From assembly GCA_040905565.1 (NCBI GenBank), contig JBBDRF010000088.1:1-64000 (forward strand): DNA of 64,000 nucleotides, given 5' to 3'. The notes under the pieces were generated by a model that was not told the origin of the DNA, did not search any database, and worked only from the letters and a program-made list of their open reading frames with translations. The DNA is from Phycisphaeraceae bacterium (lineage in GTDB: Bacteria; Planctomycetota; Phycisphaerae; Phycisphaerales; Zrk34). Each line of letters opens with the position of its first letter. Positions within the stretch are counted from its first letter, which is position 1. Both the position numbers and the translations under genes were made by a program. Below are positions 20,201-29,561 of the stretch, one piece after another.

Positions 20201-20298
20201 CCGCGGCGGAACTGAACGTGGCGCCGGCGGAATTGGCAGCATGGACAGCGCTCTCACGCGTCCTGATCAACCTCGACGAATTCATCACCCGACCCTGA
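17221..20298 (+). CDS. Planctomycete cytochrome c / DUF1549 / DUF1553 (PSD1) protein
   Basis: CYDCH and CAECH heme motifs, HWSF.P, SPHYGERWGRHWLD, HPELLNWLA, NTPLQSL. Confidence 0.93.
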   Translation: MMPHRPTRHLMTFTAAFAAAVLMLAMAGDPASAAVDFQRDIEPILAENCYDCHGDRRQRGGLRLDYRNLALLGGDSGAAVEAGNPDHSRLITRVVGGDDEAERMPPDGPYLDEEEVELLRAWIDEGAAYPEARMQSPRRQSEHWSFQPIADPELPQVDHADWVKNSVDRFVLAKLEEAGVRPSEEADRYTLIRRLSLDLTGLPPTVEEVEAFVNDRSENAYERVVDRLLASPHYGERWGRHWLDEARYADSDGYSIDGPRQIWLYRDWVINAINADMPFDQFTVEQLAGDLLENPTPDQLVATGFHRNTLVNQEGGSDAEQFRVESVVDRANTTGAVWLGLTMACAECHTHKFDPITQREYFQLYAFFNGGADKNSHQPTMKAPTAAQQRELASIKAEREQLQAALTAYDAEVGNRQADWEATLNGATRWQDVAVVAIDSEAGASFETLDDGTLLASGNNGDSDVYTLTLRGPVEQITAIRLETLTHESLPRNGPGRAGNGNFVLNGFEVNDSRGEAVNLVGAEADHSQPDYHISAAIDGSIDTGWAINVPGGNMNVDRTAVFRLAEPIQIGEDTWQVVMRFGPQPAGYQIGRFRLQATDAATPLGPETQQAAEIAAIDPDDRTEAQRQMMARAFASSDSRRAELTQDIERLDAQRDQIRNAVPSTLVMRELDEPRPSHVHVRGDFLRKGEAVEPGTPEVLPPLEVEDDRRATRLDLAKWLVDRENPLTARVRVNRIWMHYFGKGLVETENDFGLQGTPPTHPELLNWLAIFFMDNDWSMKALHRKIVTSATYRQSSTARPELAEIDPLNKLLGRQERVRVEAEIVRDQALVASGMLTTQIGGPSVHPPQADGVYAFTQNRRQWPESKGDDRYRRTMYTFFYRSAPYPLLSTFDAPNFNTTCTARARSNTPLQSLTVANSQAIYELAQAMGGRVLREHDEQATDRERITSAFRWAVARPPTGEELARLHSFVRHQRDAFEADPEAAKEVAEAGPAAELNVAPAELAAWTALSRVLINLDEFITRP

Positions 20299-20351
20299 CG
20301 CACCGTTCCACAGCAATCGCATTCTGCCACGCATCAGCCGAAAGGCCAGCC

Positions 20352-21803
20352 ATGAAGCCACGGATCGACCAGGCAACCGAACGTGAAGTCCGCGAACTTC
20401 AGTACATGACCCGGCGGCATTTCTTCCAGCGCTGCCAGTTGGGCATCGGGTCGATGGCGCTGGGCTCGCTGATGCAACGCGAGGGCATGGCTGCGTCACG
20501 GAATCCGCTTGAGCCGAAGGTGGCGCATTACCCGGCCAAGGTGAAGAACGTCATCTTCCTGTTCCAGGCCGGCGGGCCGAGTCAGCTGGACCTGTTCGAG
20601 CACAAGCCGTTGCTTCAGAGCCTGCACGGCAAGCCGACGCCTGACAGCTTCATGGAGGGCAAGCGGTTCGCCTTCCTCAAGGGGGATGAGAAACTGCTGG
20701 GCAGTTCGCGGAAGTTCGGACGCTACGGCCAGAGCGGTGCGGTGCTCAGCGATCTGCTGCCGTACCATCGCAAGATTGCCGACGATGTCTGCTTCGTCAA
20801 AGGGCTCAGCACGGATGTGTTCAATCACGGCCCCGCGAAGCTGTTCATGAACAGCGGTCAGCCGCAGCCGGGCTTTCCGAGCATGGGCAGCTGGGTGACG
20901 TACGGCCTCGGCAGCGAGGCGTCGAACCTGCCGGGCTTCGTGGTGTTGCAGTCGGGGCCGCGCGGCCCGCGTGCCGGCTCAGCGCTTTGGGCGAGCGGCT
21001 TTCTGCCCACAACGCACCAGGGCGTGCCCTTCCGGTCGGGGGCCGAGCCGATCCTTAACCTCGCGAACCCCGCGGGCTTTAGTCATCAGCGCCAGGCCGA
21101 TTTCGTGAGCGCCGTTTCCGACCTGAATCGCAGTCGATCACAGACGGTTCAGGATCCGGAGATTCAGACGCGCATCGCAGCTTACGAGATGGCGTACCGG
21201 ATGCAGACGAGCGCGCCGGAGTTGATGGATCTCTCCAGCGAATCCAAAGCGACGTTCGATCTGTACGGCGTGGAGCCCGGGAGGCCCTCGTTCGCGACGA
21301 ACTGCCTGCTCGCGCGTCGCATGGTGGAGCGCGGCGTGCGGTTCGTTCAGCTTTATCACACGAACTGGGACCACCACGGCGGGCCGGGGGAAACGCTTGA
21401 GAAGGATCTGCCGCCGACTGCCAAGGCCGTCGATCAGGGGTCAGCGGCACTCATCCTCGATCTCAAACAGCGTGGCCTGCTCGATGAAACGCTGGTCGTG
21501 TGGGGCGGTGAGTTCGGCCGAACGCCGATGGGCGAGGTGCGGCAGAATACCGGCCGCGATCACCATATCGATTCGTTCACGATGTGGCTGGCGGGCGGGG
21601 GCGTGAAGTCAGGCGTCACGGTCGGCGAGACCGACGAGCTCGGGCTGACCGTCGTCGACAAAAAGTATCACGTCCACGATCTGCAAGCGACGATCCTGCA
21701 CCTGCTGGGGCTGGACCATAAGCAATTGACGTTCCGCTTCCAAGGCCGCGATTTCCGGCTGACCGACGTTCACGGGCAGCTGATGCCGGAGATTCTCGCT
21801 TGA
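20352..21803 (+). CDS. DUF1501 family protein
   Basis: TRRHF Tat-like motif, GGPSQLDLF, ERGVRFVQL, WGGEFGRTP, GRDFRLTDV. Confidence 0.93.
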   Translation: MKPRIDQATEREVRELQYMTRRHFFQRCQLGIGSMALGSLMQREGMAASRNPLEPKVAHYPAKVKNVIFLFQAGGPSQLDLFEHKPLLQSLHGKPTPDSFMEGKRFAFLKGDEKLLGSSRKFGRYGQSGAVLSDLLPYHRKIADDVCFVKGLSTDVFNHGPAKLFMNSGQPQPGFPSMGSWVTYGLGSEASNLPGFVVLQSGPRGPRAGSALWASGFLPTTHQGVPFRSGAEPILNLANPAGFSHQRQADFVSAVSDLNRSRSQTVQDPEIQTRIAAYEMAYRMQTSAPELMDLSSESKATFDLYGVEPGRPSFATNCLLARRMVERGVRFVQLYHTNWDHHGGPGETLEKDLPPTAKAVDQGSAALILDLKQRGLLDETLVVWGGEFGRTPMGEVRQNTGRDHHIDSFTMWLAGGGVKSGVTVGETDELGLTVVDKKYHVHDLQATILHLLGLDHKQLTFRFQGRDFRLTDVHGQLMPEILA

Positions 21804-21807
21804 TGCG

Positions 21808-22422
21808 TCAGTCGGCCCGCTGGCGGCTGAAGAGCTGGTTCTGGATGGGGATGACGACGTTCAGGACCTGCCTCAGGACCTCGGCGGGCGAAACGAGGGC
21901 ATCGATCTCCTCGATCATCTCGTCATCGTAGAACTCGAGCACCGGGGCGGTTTCGGCCTGGTAGACCTCCCAGCGGTGGCGGATGACCGACTCCTGCGCG
22001 TCGTCGATGCGATTTTCCTTGAGCGCGCGTCGGCGAAGGCGATCGATCATCAATTCCTCATCATGGCAGACGAGGTGGAGGACCTTGAGAACTTCGATCT
22101 CGCTGGCGAGCATCTCAGCCTGCTCGGCGTTGCGGGGGATGCCGTCGAGCACGAGCAGGTCGGATTCGGGCTTGTAAGCGCCGGTGAACTGAATGCCTCG
22201 GATGTGGGCGTGCCACATTTTGACGGTGATATCGTCGGGCACGAGCTTGCCGCGTGAGGAGTATTCGAGGAAGACGCGGCCGAGTTCGGAGTTCGGATTC
22301 AGCCTGCGAAAGACGTCGCCACAGGCGCTGTGGCAGAAGCCGGGGATGGAGCCGAGCACACGGCCCTGCGTTCCCTTGCCGGCCCCGGGAGGCCCCAGTA
22401 ATAGAACAGTTTGATGACGCAC
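21808..22422 (-). CDS. adk: Adenylate kinase (short-LID type)
   Basis: GPPGAGKGTQ, G.LVPD, LDGIPR, R.DD. Confidence 0.8.
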   Translation of the reverse strand: MRHQTVLLLGPPGAGKGTQGRVLGSIPGFCHSACGDVFRRLNPNSELGRVFLEYSSRGKLVPDDITVKMWHAHIRGIQFTGAYKPESDLLVLDGIPRNAEQAEMLASEIEVLKVLHLVCHDEELMIDRLRRRALKENRIDDAQESVIRHRWEVYQAETAPVLEFYDDEMIEEIDALVSPAEVLRQVLNVVIPIQNQLFSRQRAD

Positions 22423-22498
22423 TTTGGAAGCGGACTCCTGAATGGCTCGAGCAAGGAATGTTAGCAGCGTAATAAGATCAGCACAAACGGCGACGTGA

Positions 22499-22978
22499 TC
22501 AGTTCGGGGCGAAGCGATCGAGATCGTCCAGCGGGTTGTCAGGTTCGCTATAAGTGTCGTTGCCGCGTGGAAGAACGATCAGGACACGCTCATTGCTGCG
22601 GGGAAGCGGGAAGTTGCTGTGGGCGGCTTCGTGGCCGTCTTTGCGGACAAGCAGGCCGGCGTTGTATTCCAGGGTGCCGGCTCCGAACTCGTCGACGGGT
22701 ATGCTGAACGTGCCGTCGGGCCGGGTGGTCTGGCCGGGGAGGATCTTTCGGCCGAGGCTTTCGGGATCCAGCGTCAGCCGAACCGAAGCGCCGGGAACAC
22801 CGGACCCTTCAAGGCGGGCATCGTCACGATCGACGACCACGATCTCGGGGTTCGAGCCATGAATAACACGGCCCTGAAACGCATACGACCCGCAGCCGGT
22901 CAGCAGCACCGAGGCCACGAGCAGACTCGCAATCCAAACACCGGAACGGATGCGGGAAAAGGTGGGGGGGGTGGTCAT
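22499..22978 (-). CDS. Putative lipoprotein with a carboxypeptidase-regulatory-like beta domain
   Basis: LTGC lipobox, GASVRL, TRPDGTFSI. Confidence 0.65.
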   Translation of the reverse strand: MTTPPTFSRIRSGVWIASLLVASVLLTGCGSYAFQGRVIHGSNPEIVVVDRDDARLEGSGVPGASVRLTLDPESLGRKILPGQTTRPDGTFSIPVDEFGAGTLEYNAGLLVRKDGHEAAHSNFPLPRSNERVLIVLPRGNDTYSEPDNPLDDLDRFAPN

Positions 22979-23604
22979 GGTTTGTGAAGCTCCTCGGCTT
23001 TGGGAAGGTCTTTGAGGTTCGCGAGGCCGAAGATTTCGAGGAACGTCTTGGTCGTGCCGTAGAGCATGGGGCGTCCGATTTCTTCTGCTCTGCCGGTGAT
23101 TTTGACGAGGTGTCGTTCCATGAGCGAGCGGATCACTTCGCCGCAGGCCACGCCTCGGATCGCCTCGATGTCGGCCCGCATGATCGGCTGTTTGTAGGCG
23201 ATGATTGCGAGCGTTTCCAATGCCGAAGGAGAAAGTCGATTATCCGCCCTGCCGCGGTGGAGGGCAGCGACGTACTCGCCGAACTCGGGCACCGTGAGAA
23301 TCTGGTACCCGCCTGCAACGGGCTCAATGCGGAAACTACGTTTGTGCTGCACGTAAAAAGCGTTAAGCCGATCGATCGCCTCGTTCACGGGCTTGGAGCC
23401 GCCGGCCTGACAGGCTTCGGAGATTTTCGCAGCGGGGATGGCGCGCTCCGTGGCCATCAGCACCGCTTCGACGCGGCCATCAAGCACAGCAGGCTCGAGG
23501 GGCGCGGTGAGTGTGGCCGTGGTGGTGGCCTCACCTTCACGCGACGCATCGGCATCGGCGTCAGGTGTTTCATCCGGCGGCGGAGGGGGGGGAGTATCGG
23601 TCAT
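22975..23604 (-). CDS. scpB: SMC-Scp complex subunit ScpB
   Basis: LSPSALETLAIIAYKQP..RADIEAIRGV, GRPMLYGTT..FL..FGL. Confidence 0.95.
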   Translation of the reverse strand: MTDTPPPPPPDETPDADADASREGEATTTATLTAPLEPAVLDGRVEAVLMATERAIPAAKISEACQAGGSKPVNEAIDRLNAFYVQHKRSFRIEPVAGGYQILTVPEFGEYVAALHRGRADNRLSPSALETLAIIAYKQPIMRADIEAIRGVACGEVIRSLMERHLVKITGRAEEIGRPMLYGTTKTFLEIFGLANLKDLPKAEELHKP

Positions 23605-23719
23605 GGCCGCCATTGTAGCAGCCTGAACGCCATGTGTGATGCGCGATGGATGAGGTATGAGGTGAGGGGAAATGCCTTGCGAACCTCGCAGTTTGTACAT
23701 CTCCAGTAGACTGTGAGCT

Positions 23720-24124
23720 ATGGCAGAGCACGTGGCAATCGTGGATCGGCGGTACGTGAAGGCGATACTCAGCGGCGACAAACGTGTCGAGTGTCGCCTG
23801 ACGCAGACGGCTCGCCCGCCGTTCGGCTGCATCACGCCGGGCGATCGGCTTTACCTCAAGCAGTCGTCGGGACCGTTTTTCGCTGAGGCGACGGCGGGGG
23901 CCGTTTATATGGCTGATAAACTGACACCCGCCGCGATCGATGCGATCCGTGATCAGCACGACGAGGCCATCCAGGGCGAGGCCACCTTCTGGGAGCAGCG
24001 TCGGAAGAAGGCCCGGCATGTCACGCTGATCTGGCTACGCAATGTCCAGCCGATCGATGAGGGGCCCACTTATCGCAAGCGGCATATGGTGGCGTGGTAC
24101 GTGCTTGAGGACGACAAACCGTAA
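23720..24124 (+). CDS. ASCH/PUA-like domain protein
   Basis: ILSGDKRVECR (GxKxxExR motif), GDRLYLK. Confidence 0.75.
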   Translation: MAEHVAIVDRRYVKAILSGDKRVECRLTQTARPPFGCITPGDRLYLKQSSGPFFAEATAGAVYMADKLTPAAIDAIRDQHDEAIQGEATFWEQRRKKARHVTLIWLRNVQPIDEGPTYRKRHMVAWYVLEDDKP

Positions 24125-24199
24125 GCTCGCGACTATTTGCCCGGCTACTGGCTCGGGCCAGTGGTGGGGGGGGTGGGGATCGTTTACGATTAGGTGCTT

Positions 24200-25051
24200 A
24201 TGAATAAGAAGCGACTGGCATTTTCGACCAATGCGTTCAAGCAGAACACGCTTGAAGAGGCGATCCGCACCATCGCGGACATCGGGTACGGCGGCGTCGA
24301 GATCATGGCCGACAAGCCGCACATGCAGCCGAACATTTATAGCAATGAACAGGCGCGCGATATCCGCAAACTCGTCGGCGACCTCGGGCTCAGCGTTTCC
24401 AACGTGAACGCGTTCACCGGCTTCTGCTTCCCCGATATCGGCGATACCTACCACCCCACGTGGCTTGAGCAGGATCCGAAGCTTCGCCAGTGGCGCATCG
24501 ATCACACGCTTCGCACGATCGAACTCGCAGCTGAGGTCGGCGCCACGCACGTTTCGCTGCAGCCGGCGGGCCCTTATATGGGGCGCGAAATCACGGCGCT
24601 CTACGATCAGTATGCCGAGGGGCTGAACCGCTGCATCGGTCACGCGAAAAGCTGTGGCGTTGTGCTTGGCGTGGAGCCCGAACCGGGGCTGCTGATTGAG
24701 CGGTCCGACCAGTTCGATCGGCTCAAGGACAACTACTTCGCCGACGAAGAAACGGTACAGATGAACTGCGATCTCGGGCATCTGTACTGTGTGCGCGAGG
24801 ATCCCGCCGCCGTGCTTCGCAGTCACATGAAGCACATTCGCCACGTGCACTTGGAAGACATCACGGCGGAGCGGGTCCATCAGCATCTTGTGCCGGGCAT
24901 GGGAGCGATGGATTTTCCGAAGATCTTCAGCACGCTGGACGATCTGCACTACGACGGCTGGGTGACCGTCGAGTTGTATCCGTACACTTCGTCGGCCGGC
25001 GACGTGGCCCAGCGGGCGTACGATCACCTCCTGCCCATGCTCGAATCATGA
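24200..25051 (+). CDS. Sugar phosphate isomerase/epimerase (xylose isomerase-like TIM barrel)
   Basis: GYGGVEI, EPEPG, DLGH, HVHLED, YDGWVTVE. Confidence 0.85.
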   Translation: MNKKRLAFSTNAFKQNTLEEAIRTIADIGYGGVEIMADKPHMQPNIYSNEQARDIRKLVGDLGLSVSNVNAFTGFCFPDIGDTYHPTWLEQDPKLRQWRIDHTLRTIELAAEVGATHVSLQPAGPYMGREITALYDQYAEGLNRCIGHAKSCGVVLGVEPEPGLLIERSDQFDRLKDNYFADEETVQMNCDLGHLYCVREDPAAVLRSHMKHIRHVHLEDITAERVHQHLVPGMGAMDFPKIFSTLDDLHYDGWVTVELYPYTSSAGDVAQRAYDHLLPMLES

Positions 25052-25974
25052 ACAGTGAACAGTTGAATGCGTTGCCGCCTGCTGAACTGTTCGCGGAGCT
25101 GGTGCGGGGCGAGGATTTGCATGCGTTGCTCGCCGTGGCTCGCGCGGAGGATATGGGCGCGGCGGGGGATGTGACGTCCGAATTGTGCGTGCCCGCCGAT
25201 CTTTCGGGGCAGGCGGTGGTGCGATCGCGGGCGGCTGGAAGGCTGGCCGGGGCGGCCCTGCTTCAGCCGATCGCTCAGGTTTACGACGCAGCCCTTCAGG
25301 TCGAAATCCTGCAGCAGGACGGCGAAACGCTCGAAGCCGGCACGGAGATCGCACGCATCGCGGGACCCTTGCGTTCGATCCTTTCGGCCGAACGGGTGAT
25401 GCTGAACTTCCTGACGCACCTCTCGGGCATCGCCAGTCTCACCGCTCGCTTCGTTCACGCCGTGGCCGACACGAAAGCCCGCATCTATGACACGCGGAAA
25501 ACGGTGCCGGGGCTGAGGCATCTGGCCAAATACGCCGTGCGCTGCGGCGGCGGGTTCTGTCATCGCATCGGCCTGTATGACGCGGTGCTCATTAAGGACA
25601 ATCATCTCACCGCCTTCGCTGGCCAACCGCTCGATGCGGCTTTGCGGCAGGCATTGGCGGGGGTGTCGCAGCTTTCGCCCCAGCCGAGCTTCGTGGAGGT
25701 AGAGGTCGACACGCTCGATCAGCTTGAGCAGGTGCTCCGCGTCGCCGGGCTTCACATCGTTCTGCTGGATAACATGGACGTGCTTGAGCTGCGCCAGGCT
25801 GTGGCGATGCGCGACCAGATCGCCCCGACTGTGCAGCTCGAAGCCAGCGGCGGCGTCATGCTCGGCACGCTTCACACGCTCGCAAGCACCGGCGTCGATC
25901 GCATCGCCGTCGGCGCGCTCACCCATTCCGCCCCGGCACTGGACATCGGCCTGGACATCCCTTCACCGCACTGA
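25048..25974 (+). CDS. nadC: Nicotinate-nucleotide diphosphorylase (carboxylating)
   Basis: DTRKTVPGLR, HRIGLYD..LIKDNH, EVEVD, LLDNM, EASGG, GALTHS. Confidence 0.96.
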   Translation: MNSEQLNALPPAELFAELVRGEDLHALLAVARAEDMGAAGDVTSELCVPADLSGQAVVRSRAAGRLAGAALLQPIAQVYDAALQVEILQQDGETLEAGTEIARIAGPLRSILSAERVMLNFLTHLSGIASLTARFVHAVADTKARIYDTRKTVPGLRHLAKYAVRCGGGFCHRIGLYDAVLIKDNHLTAFAGQPLDAALRQALAGVSQLSPQPSFVEVEVDTLDQLEQVLRVAGLHIVLLDNMDVLELRQAVAMRDQIAPTVQLEASGGVMLGTLHTLASTGVDRIAVGALTHSAPALDIGLDIPSPH

Positions 25975-25995
25975 CCCCCTCCATAGATTGCCCCC

Positions 25996-26706
25996 ATGCT
26001 CAAAGCTCCCCAATCGTTCCTCGACGACTGCAAAACCGTCGGCCTCTCGCTCAACGATGAAGCCATCCAGATGCTCGGCCGCTACCTGCATCTGCTGCTG
26101 GAGACGAACAAGAAGTTCAACCTCACCGCCATCAAAGAGCCGGAACAGGCGTGGCGAAGGCACATCCTTGAAAGCCTTGCCCTGCTGCCGTTTCTCGAAG
26201 GCGCGACCACGGTGATCGACGTGGGCAGCGGCGGGGGCCTGCCCGGGCTGCCGCTTGCCATCGCGAGCCCTGAAAGGCGGTTCACGCTGCTGGACGCAAC
26301 AGGCAAGAAGGCGCGCTTCCTTGAGACCGCCGTCGCAGAACTGGGGCTGACGAATGTCACGGTGCTGAACGAACGTGCGGAGACAGCCGGGCAGTCGCCG
26401 CAGCACCGTCAGCGTTACGACGTCGCGGTCAGCCGGGCGGTCGGGCCGATGAATGTGCTGCTTGAGTTGACGCTGCCGCTGGTGCAGGTGGAGGGGCGGT
26501 TCATCGCATTGAAGGGGGCGAAGGCCGAAGCGGAGCTTCGCGATGCCGGCGATGCGCTGGTCGTGCTGGGCGGCGGCGAGGTCGAGGCCTACGAAGCGCT
26601 GCCGAATCTTGAGGATGAGGCGGTCGTCGTTGTGGTCTACAAACTCGCCACGACGCCCCCCGAGTATCCCCGCCGACCGGGTCAGCCGAAGCAGGAACCG
26701 CTGTGA
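25996..26706 (+). CDS. rsmG: 16S rRNA m7G527 methyltransferase
   Basis: FNLTAI, HILESL, DVGSGGGLPG, SRAV, YPRRPG.P. Confidence 0.95.
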   Translation: MLKAPQSFLDDCKTVGLSLNDEAIQMLGRYLHLLLETNKKFNLTAIKEPEQAWRRHILESLALLPFLEGATTVIDVGSGGGLPGLPLAIASPERRFTLLDATGKKARFLETAVAELGLTNVTVLNERAETAGQSPQHRQRYDVAVSRAVGPMNVLLELTLPLVQVEGRFIALKGAKAEAELRDAGDALVVLGGGEVEAYEALPNLEDEAVVVVVYKLATTPPEYPRRPGQPKQEPL

Positions 26707-26769
26707 ATTGGATCACCAACGCCGAACGAGCATGACGCTCGACGGTGAGATGAGCCATCAGACGGATGA

Positions 26770-26870
26770 TGATGTCATCGGGCTCGTCAGCGTCAAGACC
26801 TATCGTCGCTGGGTTCGCGAGCAAAGGGCGGGTCGCGAAGCGAAGCGCGTAGGCCGGCCCGGGGAACTCC
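26770..26870 (+). pseudogene. Possible transposase/integrase-core gene fragment
   Basis: VIGLVSVKTYRRWVREQRAGREAKRVGRP resembles, from recall only, the HTH..GRP linker preceding rve-type transposase cores; no start and no catalytic domain. Confidence 0.35.
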
Positions 26871-27001
26871 CGGCACCGGAGTCGCGGCAACGCGTGAAAA
26901 TGTCAAGCAAACCGGACGGTGTGGGTGCGGGGAGAAACAGGGGGAAAGATTGCATAACATAAGACCCACCCTATGCATTATGCCTTCCGGAGTTCTTCCG
27001 C

Positions 27002-27967
27002 ATGCGCGTCTTTACCAACCCGGTCGGCTCCGGCTCACTCTGGTTTGATAACCTGGCCACTGCCGACAACATCCCCGTTGCTTACGACCCACAAGCGCGG
27101 GCCTTCCTGCCCATGCCGCCGTTCTGCGTGAACCGGGAAGTCATCGGCTGCAACTGGATCGCACCGGAGCAAGGGGCGTTCTGCAAGTCCTGCGCGATGA
27201 CGGCATTGGCTCCCGATCCCTCGATCCCCAATGCCATTCCCAACTGGGCGCGGACCGAGGCCGCCAAGCGTTGGGCGCTCGACAATCTCGGCCGCTGGCA
27301 CTGGTTTCGGCCGGAGGATCCGGGCACGCGCCCTGTTTTCCACATGCTCGCCGAAGGCCCGAGCCCCGTGCACATGGGGCATGTCGAGGGCGTGGTAACG
27401 ATAAGCGTGGCCGAGGCGGACCCGGTTCTGCGCACGACCCGCCGCGAGGCGCTGGAGGAACCCTACCGCACCATGATCGGCCATATGCGCCACGAGATCG
27501 CGCACATGCTCTGGTGGCGGCTCAGCCTACGCAACGATTTTCTCGACGCCTTTCGCGGCATGTTCGGCGATGAACGCACGGACTATCCTGCCGCGCTCCA
27601 GCGTCACTACCGTGAGGGCCCGCCGCCCGATTGGAAGGAGCGGTTCCTGACGACCTATGCCTCGACGCATCCGCATGAGGACTGGGCCGAGACCGCCGCG
27701 CATCTGCTCCACCTGACCGACATTGCCGACAGTTTCGTCGCCGCCGGACTCTCCTCGCCGGAACTGCCGAGCCCCGGCTGGGACCCGTACTCGGAAGCGG
27801 ATGCCGAGCGGCTGATCAATGTCGCGGCCTCCCTCACTGTGGGCGTCAATCACGTCAACCGCTCCATGGGTCTGGAAGATCTCTACCCCTTCGTGCTGTC
27901 GGCCACCGCGCGCCGTAAGCTAATTTTCGTGCACGACTGGCTACGCCGAGGCGCGCAGGGGCGTTGA
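27002..27967 (+). CDS. Putative zinc-binding metallopeptidase (DUF2248-like)
   Basis: CNW/CxxC N-terminus, EPYRTMIGHMRHEIAH (HExxH), FGDER, YASTHPHEDWAET. Confidence 0.85.
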   Translation: MRVFTNPVGSGSLWFDNLATADNIPVAYDPQARAFLPMPPFCVNREVIGCNWIAPEQGAFCKSCAMTALAPDPSIPNAIPNWARTEAAKRWALDNLGRWHWFRPEDPGTRPVFHMLAEGPSPVHMGHVEGVVTISVAEADPVLRTTRREALEEPYRTMIGHMRHEIAHMLWWRLSLRNDFLDAFRGMFGDERTDYPAALQRHYREGPPPDWKERFLTTYASTHPHEDWAETAAHLLHLTDIADSFVAAGLSSPELPSPGWDPYSEADAERLINVAASLTVGVNHVNRSMGLEDLYPFVLSATARRKLIFVHDWLRRGAQGR

Positions 27968-28006
27968 GAGGGGGGACAGCCGGACGCGTGCAATGACGGC
28001 GGCGGA

Positions 28007-29014
28007 TCAAGGCGTATCGGCGGCCATCAGATCGATCATCGCCTCGCCCATGGATTGGCCGATGAGGTAGAACGTCTCCCAGTTCCGAAGCCAGTGAAAG
28101 CCCTGATTTGAAGGCGATTGGGCTTCGGGGCGCTGGAAGTCGCGCGTTTCGACGCCGGCGACGTTGCCCGCGAATTCGGGATACGCTTCGGGGTCAGCGA
28201 TGGCGAGCTGGGCCTCCATCAGCTTTTCGACCCGTTCCTTGTAGCGGGCTTCGGGGGGAATGTCCCAACCGCCCATGCCGGTGTTGGCGATCACGAAAGG
28301 CAACGCCTTGATACCCAAATCGCTCCGGATGTCTTTGACGAATTGGGCGATGTTCTTTTCGTACGCGTTGACTGCTTGCGGGCTGATGCGGTCGTTCCAT
28401 CCCTGATGCCAGCCTAAACCGACGATCTCGTATCCGTTACCTGAATAGTGGGGGTAATACTGTTCGAGGTTGCCGGTGATCTGCTTAACATGCCGAATGA
28501 TTTCGGCGTAGTGGAAGCCCATGTCACCGTCCTGCTCGGGCTCGGGATAGTCAGCCGACCCGGGCGACAGGAAGTTGTGAGCCAGCGAGCGGCCGCCCCA
28601 CGCCGACTTGATGATCAGGACCGGGTCTTCATAGTGATCGCCCACGGCAAAGCCGAAGCCGTATTCCGGGCCGATATGCTCGTCGCTGGCGCCGTAGCCT
28701 GTTGTGAGCCAGCCGGTTTGCGGGTTGCCTGGATCGGAGAGGTTCACGATCCAGACATCGTCGCGAACGACATGCTCGCCATTCTCATCCACCAGATGGC
28801 CGTAGTCGTCCGGGTTGTCCCTGACGTAGGTTTCCATGGTCCCGGGCTCGCCGGTAAGTTGGCCGAAGCCGACCATGTTGGATTGGCCTGCGAGGATGAA
28901 GATCTTCAGCTTGCCGTCGGCGGGGCGGGTTGTTTGTTCCGCGGAGGCTGCGAGGCTCCCCGTGAAAACCGCCGCGAACAGGCACAATAGCACAATGATT
29001 TTTGTATAACTCAT
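28007..29014 (-). CDS. Secreted sialate O-acetylesterase (SASA/SGNH) family protein
   Basis: Signal peptide, FILAGQSNMVG, IGPEYGFG, KSAWGG, WHQGWND, FHW. Confidence 0.85.
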   Translation of the reverse strand: MSYTKIIVLLCLFAAVFTGSLAASAEQTTRPADGKLKIFILAGQSNMVGFGQLTGEPGTMETYVRDNPDDYGHLVDENGEHVVRDDVWIVNLSDPGNPQTGWLTTGYGASDEHIGPEYGFGFAVGDHYEDPVLIIKSAWGGRSLAHNFLSPGSADYPEPEQDGDMGFHYAEIIRHVKQITGNLEQYYPHYSGNGYEIVGLGWHQGWNDRISPQAVNAYEKNIAQFVKDIRSDLGIKALPFVIANTGMGGWDIPPEARYKERVEKLMEAQLAIADPEAYPEFAGNVAGVETRDFQRPEAQSPSNQGFHWLRNWETFYLIGQSMGEAMIDLMAADTP

Positions 29015-29126
29015 GGGTACCTCACTGTGGGGGCCGTTGTCCAGTGTCCATCCGTTTACCGGGAGCAAGAATACGTCTGGAAGTGGCGACGAACAAGCGC
29101 CGTATTCAATCACTCTCATTGATGGC

Positions 29127-29530
29127 TTACGAATTCTTCGGGAAATTAATCGAGGAAGGTAAGCAGGGCTTCGAAGGCCTCAGGGCAGATCGCTGATTCC
29201 GTATCCTTACGAAGGATGTCGAGCACCTTTTCGCGCGACGTGGTTTCGCGGTAGGGATGATCGGCGGAAAGCGCTTCGAAAATGTCGGCCACGACGAGCA
29301 CACGCATCGGCGTTGAAAGGTGCTCGTCGGTAAGGCCGCGGTAATAGCCGCGTCCATCTCGAGCTTTTCGTGGTGGGCTCCGGCGAGTTCGGCGAGGTCG
29401 GCGAAGCGGGCCACGCGGCTGAGGATCCGCTCACTGAACGCGGGGTGTTTGCGAATCGCAGCGTGTTCTTGATCGGTGAGTCTGCCGGGCTTGTCGAGAA
29501 ACGTGTTGGGCACGCCGAGTTTCCCGATGG
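29127..29530 (-). pseudogene. HD-GYP phosphodiesterase remnant
   Basis: IGKLGVP..LDKPGRLT..HHEKL, then a 2-nt insertion near 29360 shifts to DGRGYYRG..VADIFEAL; 5' part including the HD motif is missing. Confidence 0.8.
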
Positions 29531-29561
29531 AGGACTTCTTCATCTTTTTCAGGAGCAAGTG

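Noticed and set aside
26950..26984. Integron attC site
   Set aside because: GCATAAC resembles an R'' box, but the structure is too short, lacks a proper GTTRRRY partner and has no integron integrase nearby.
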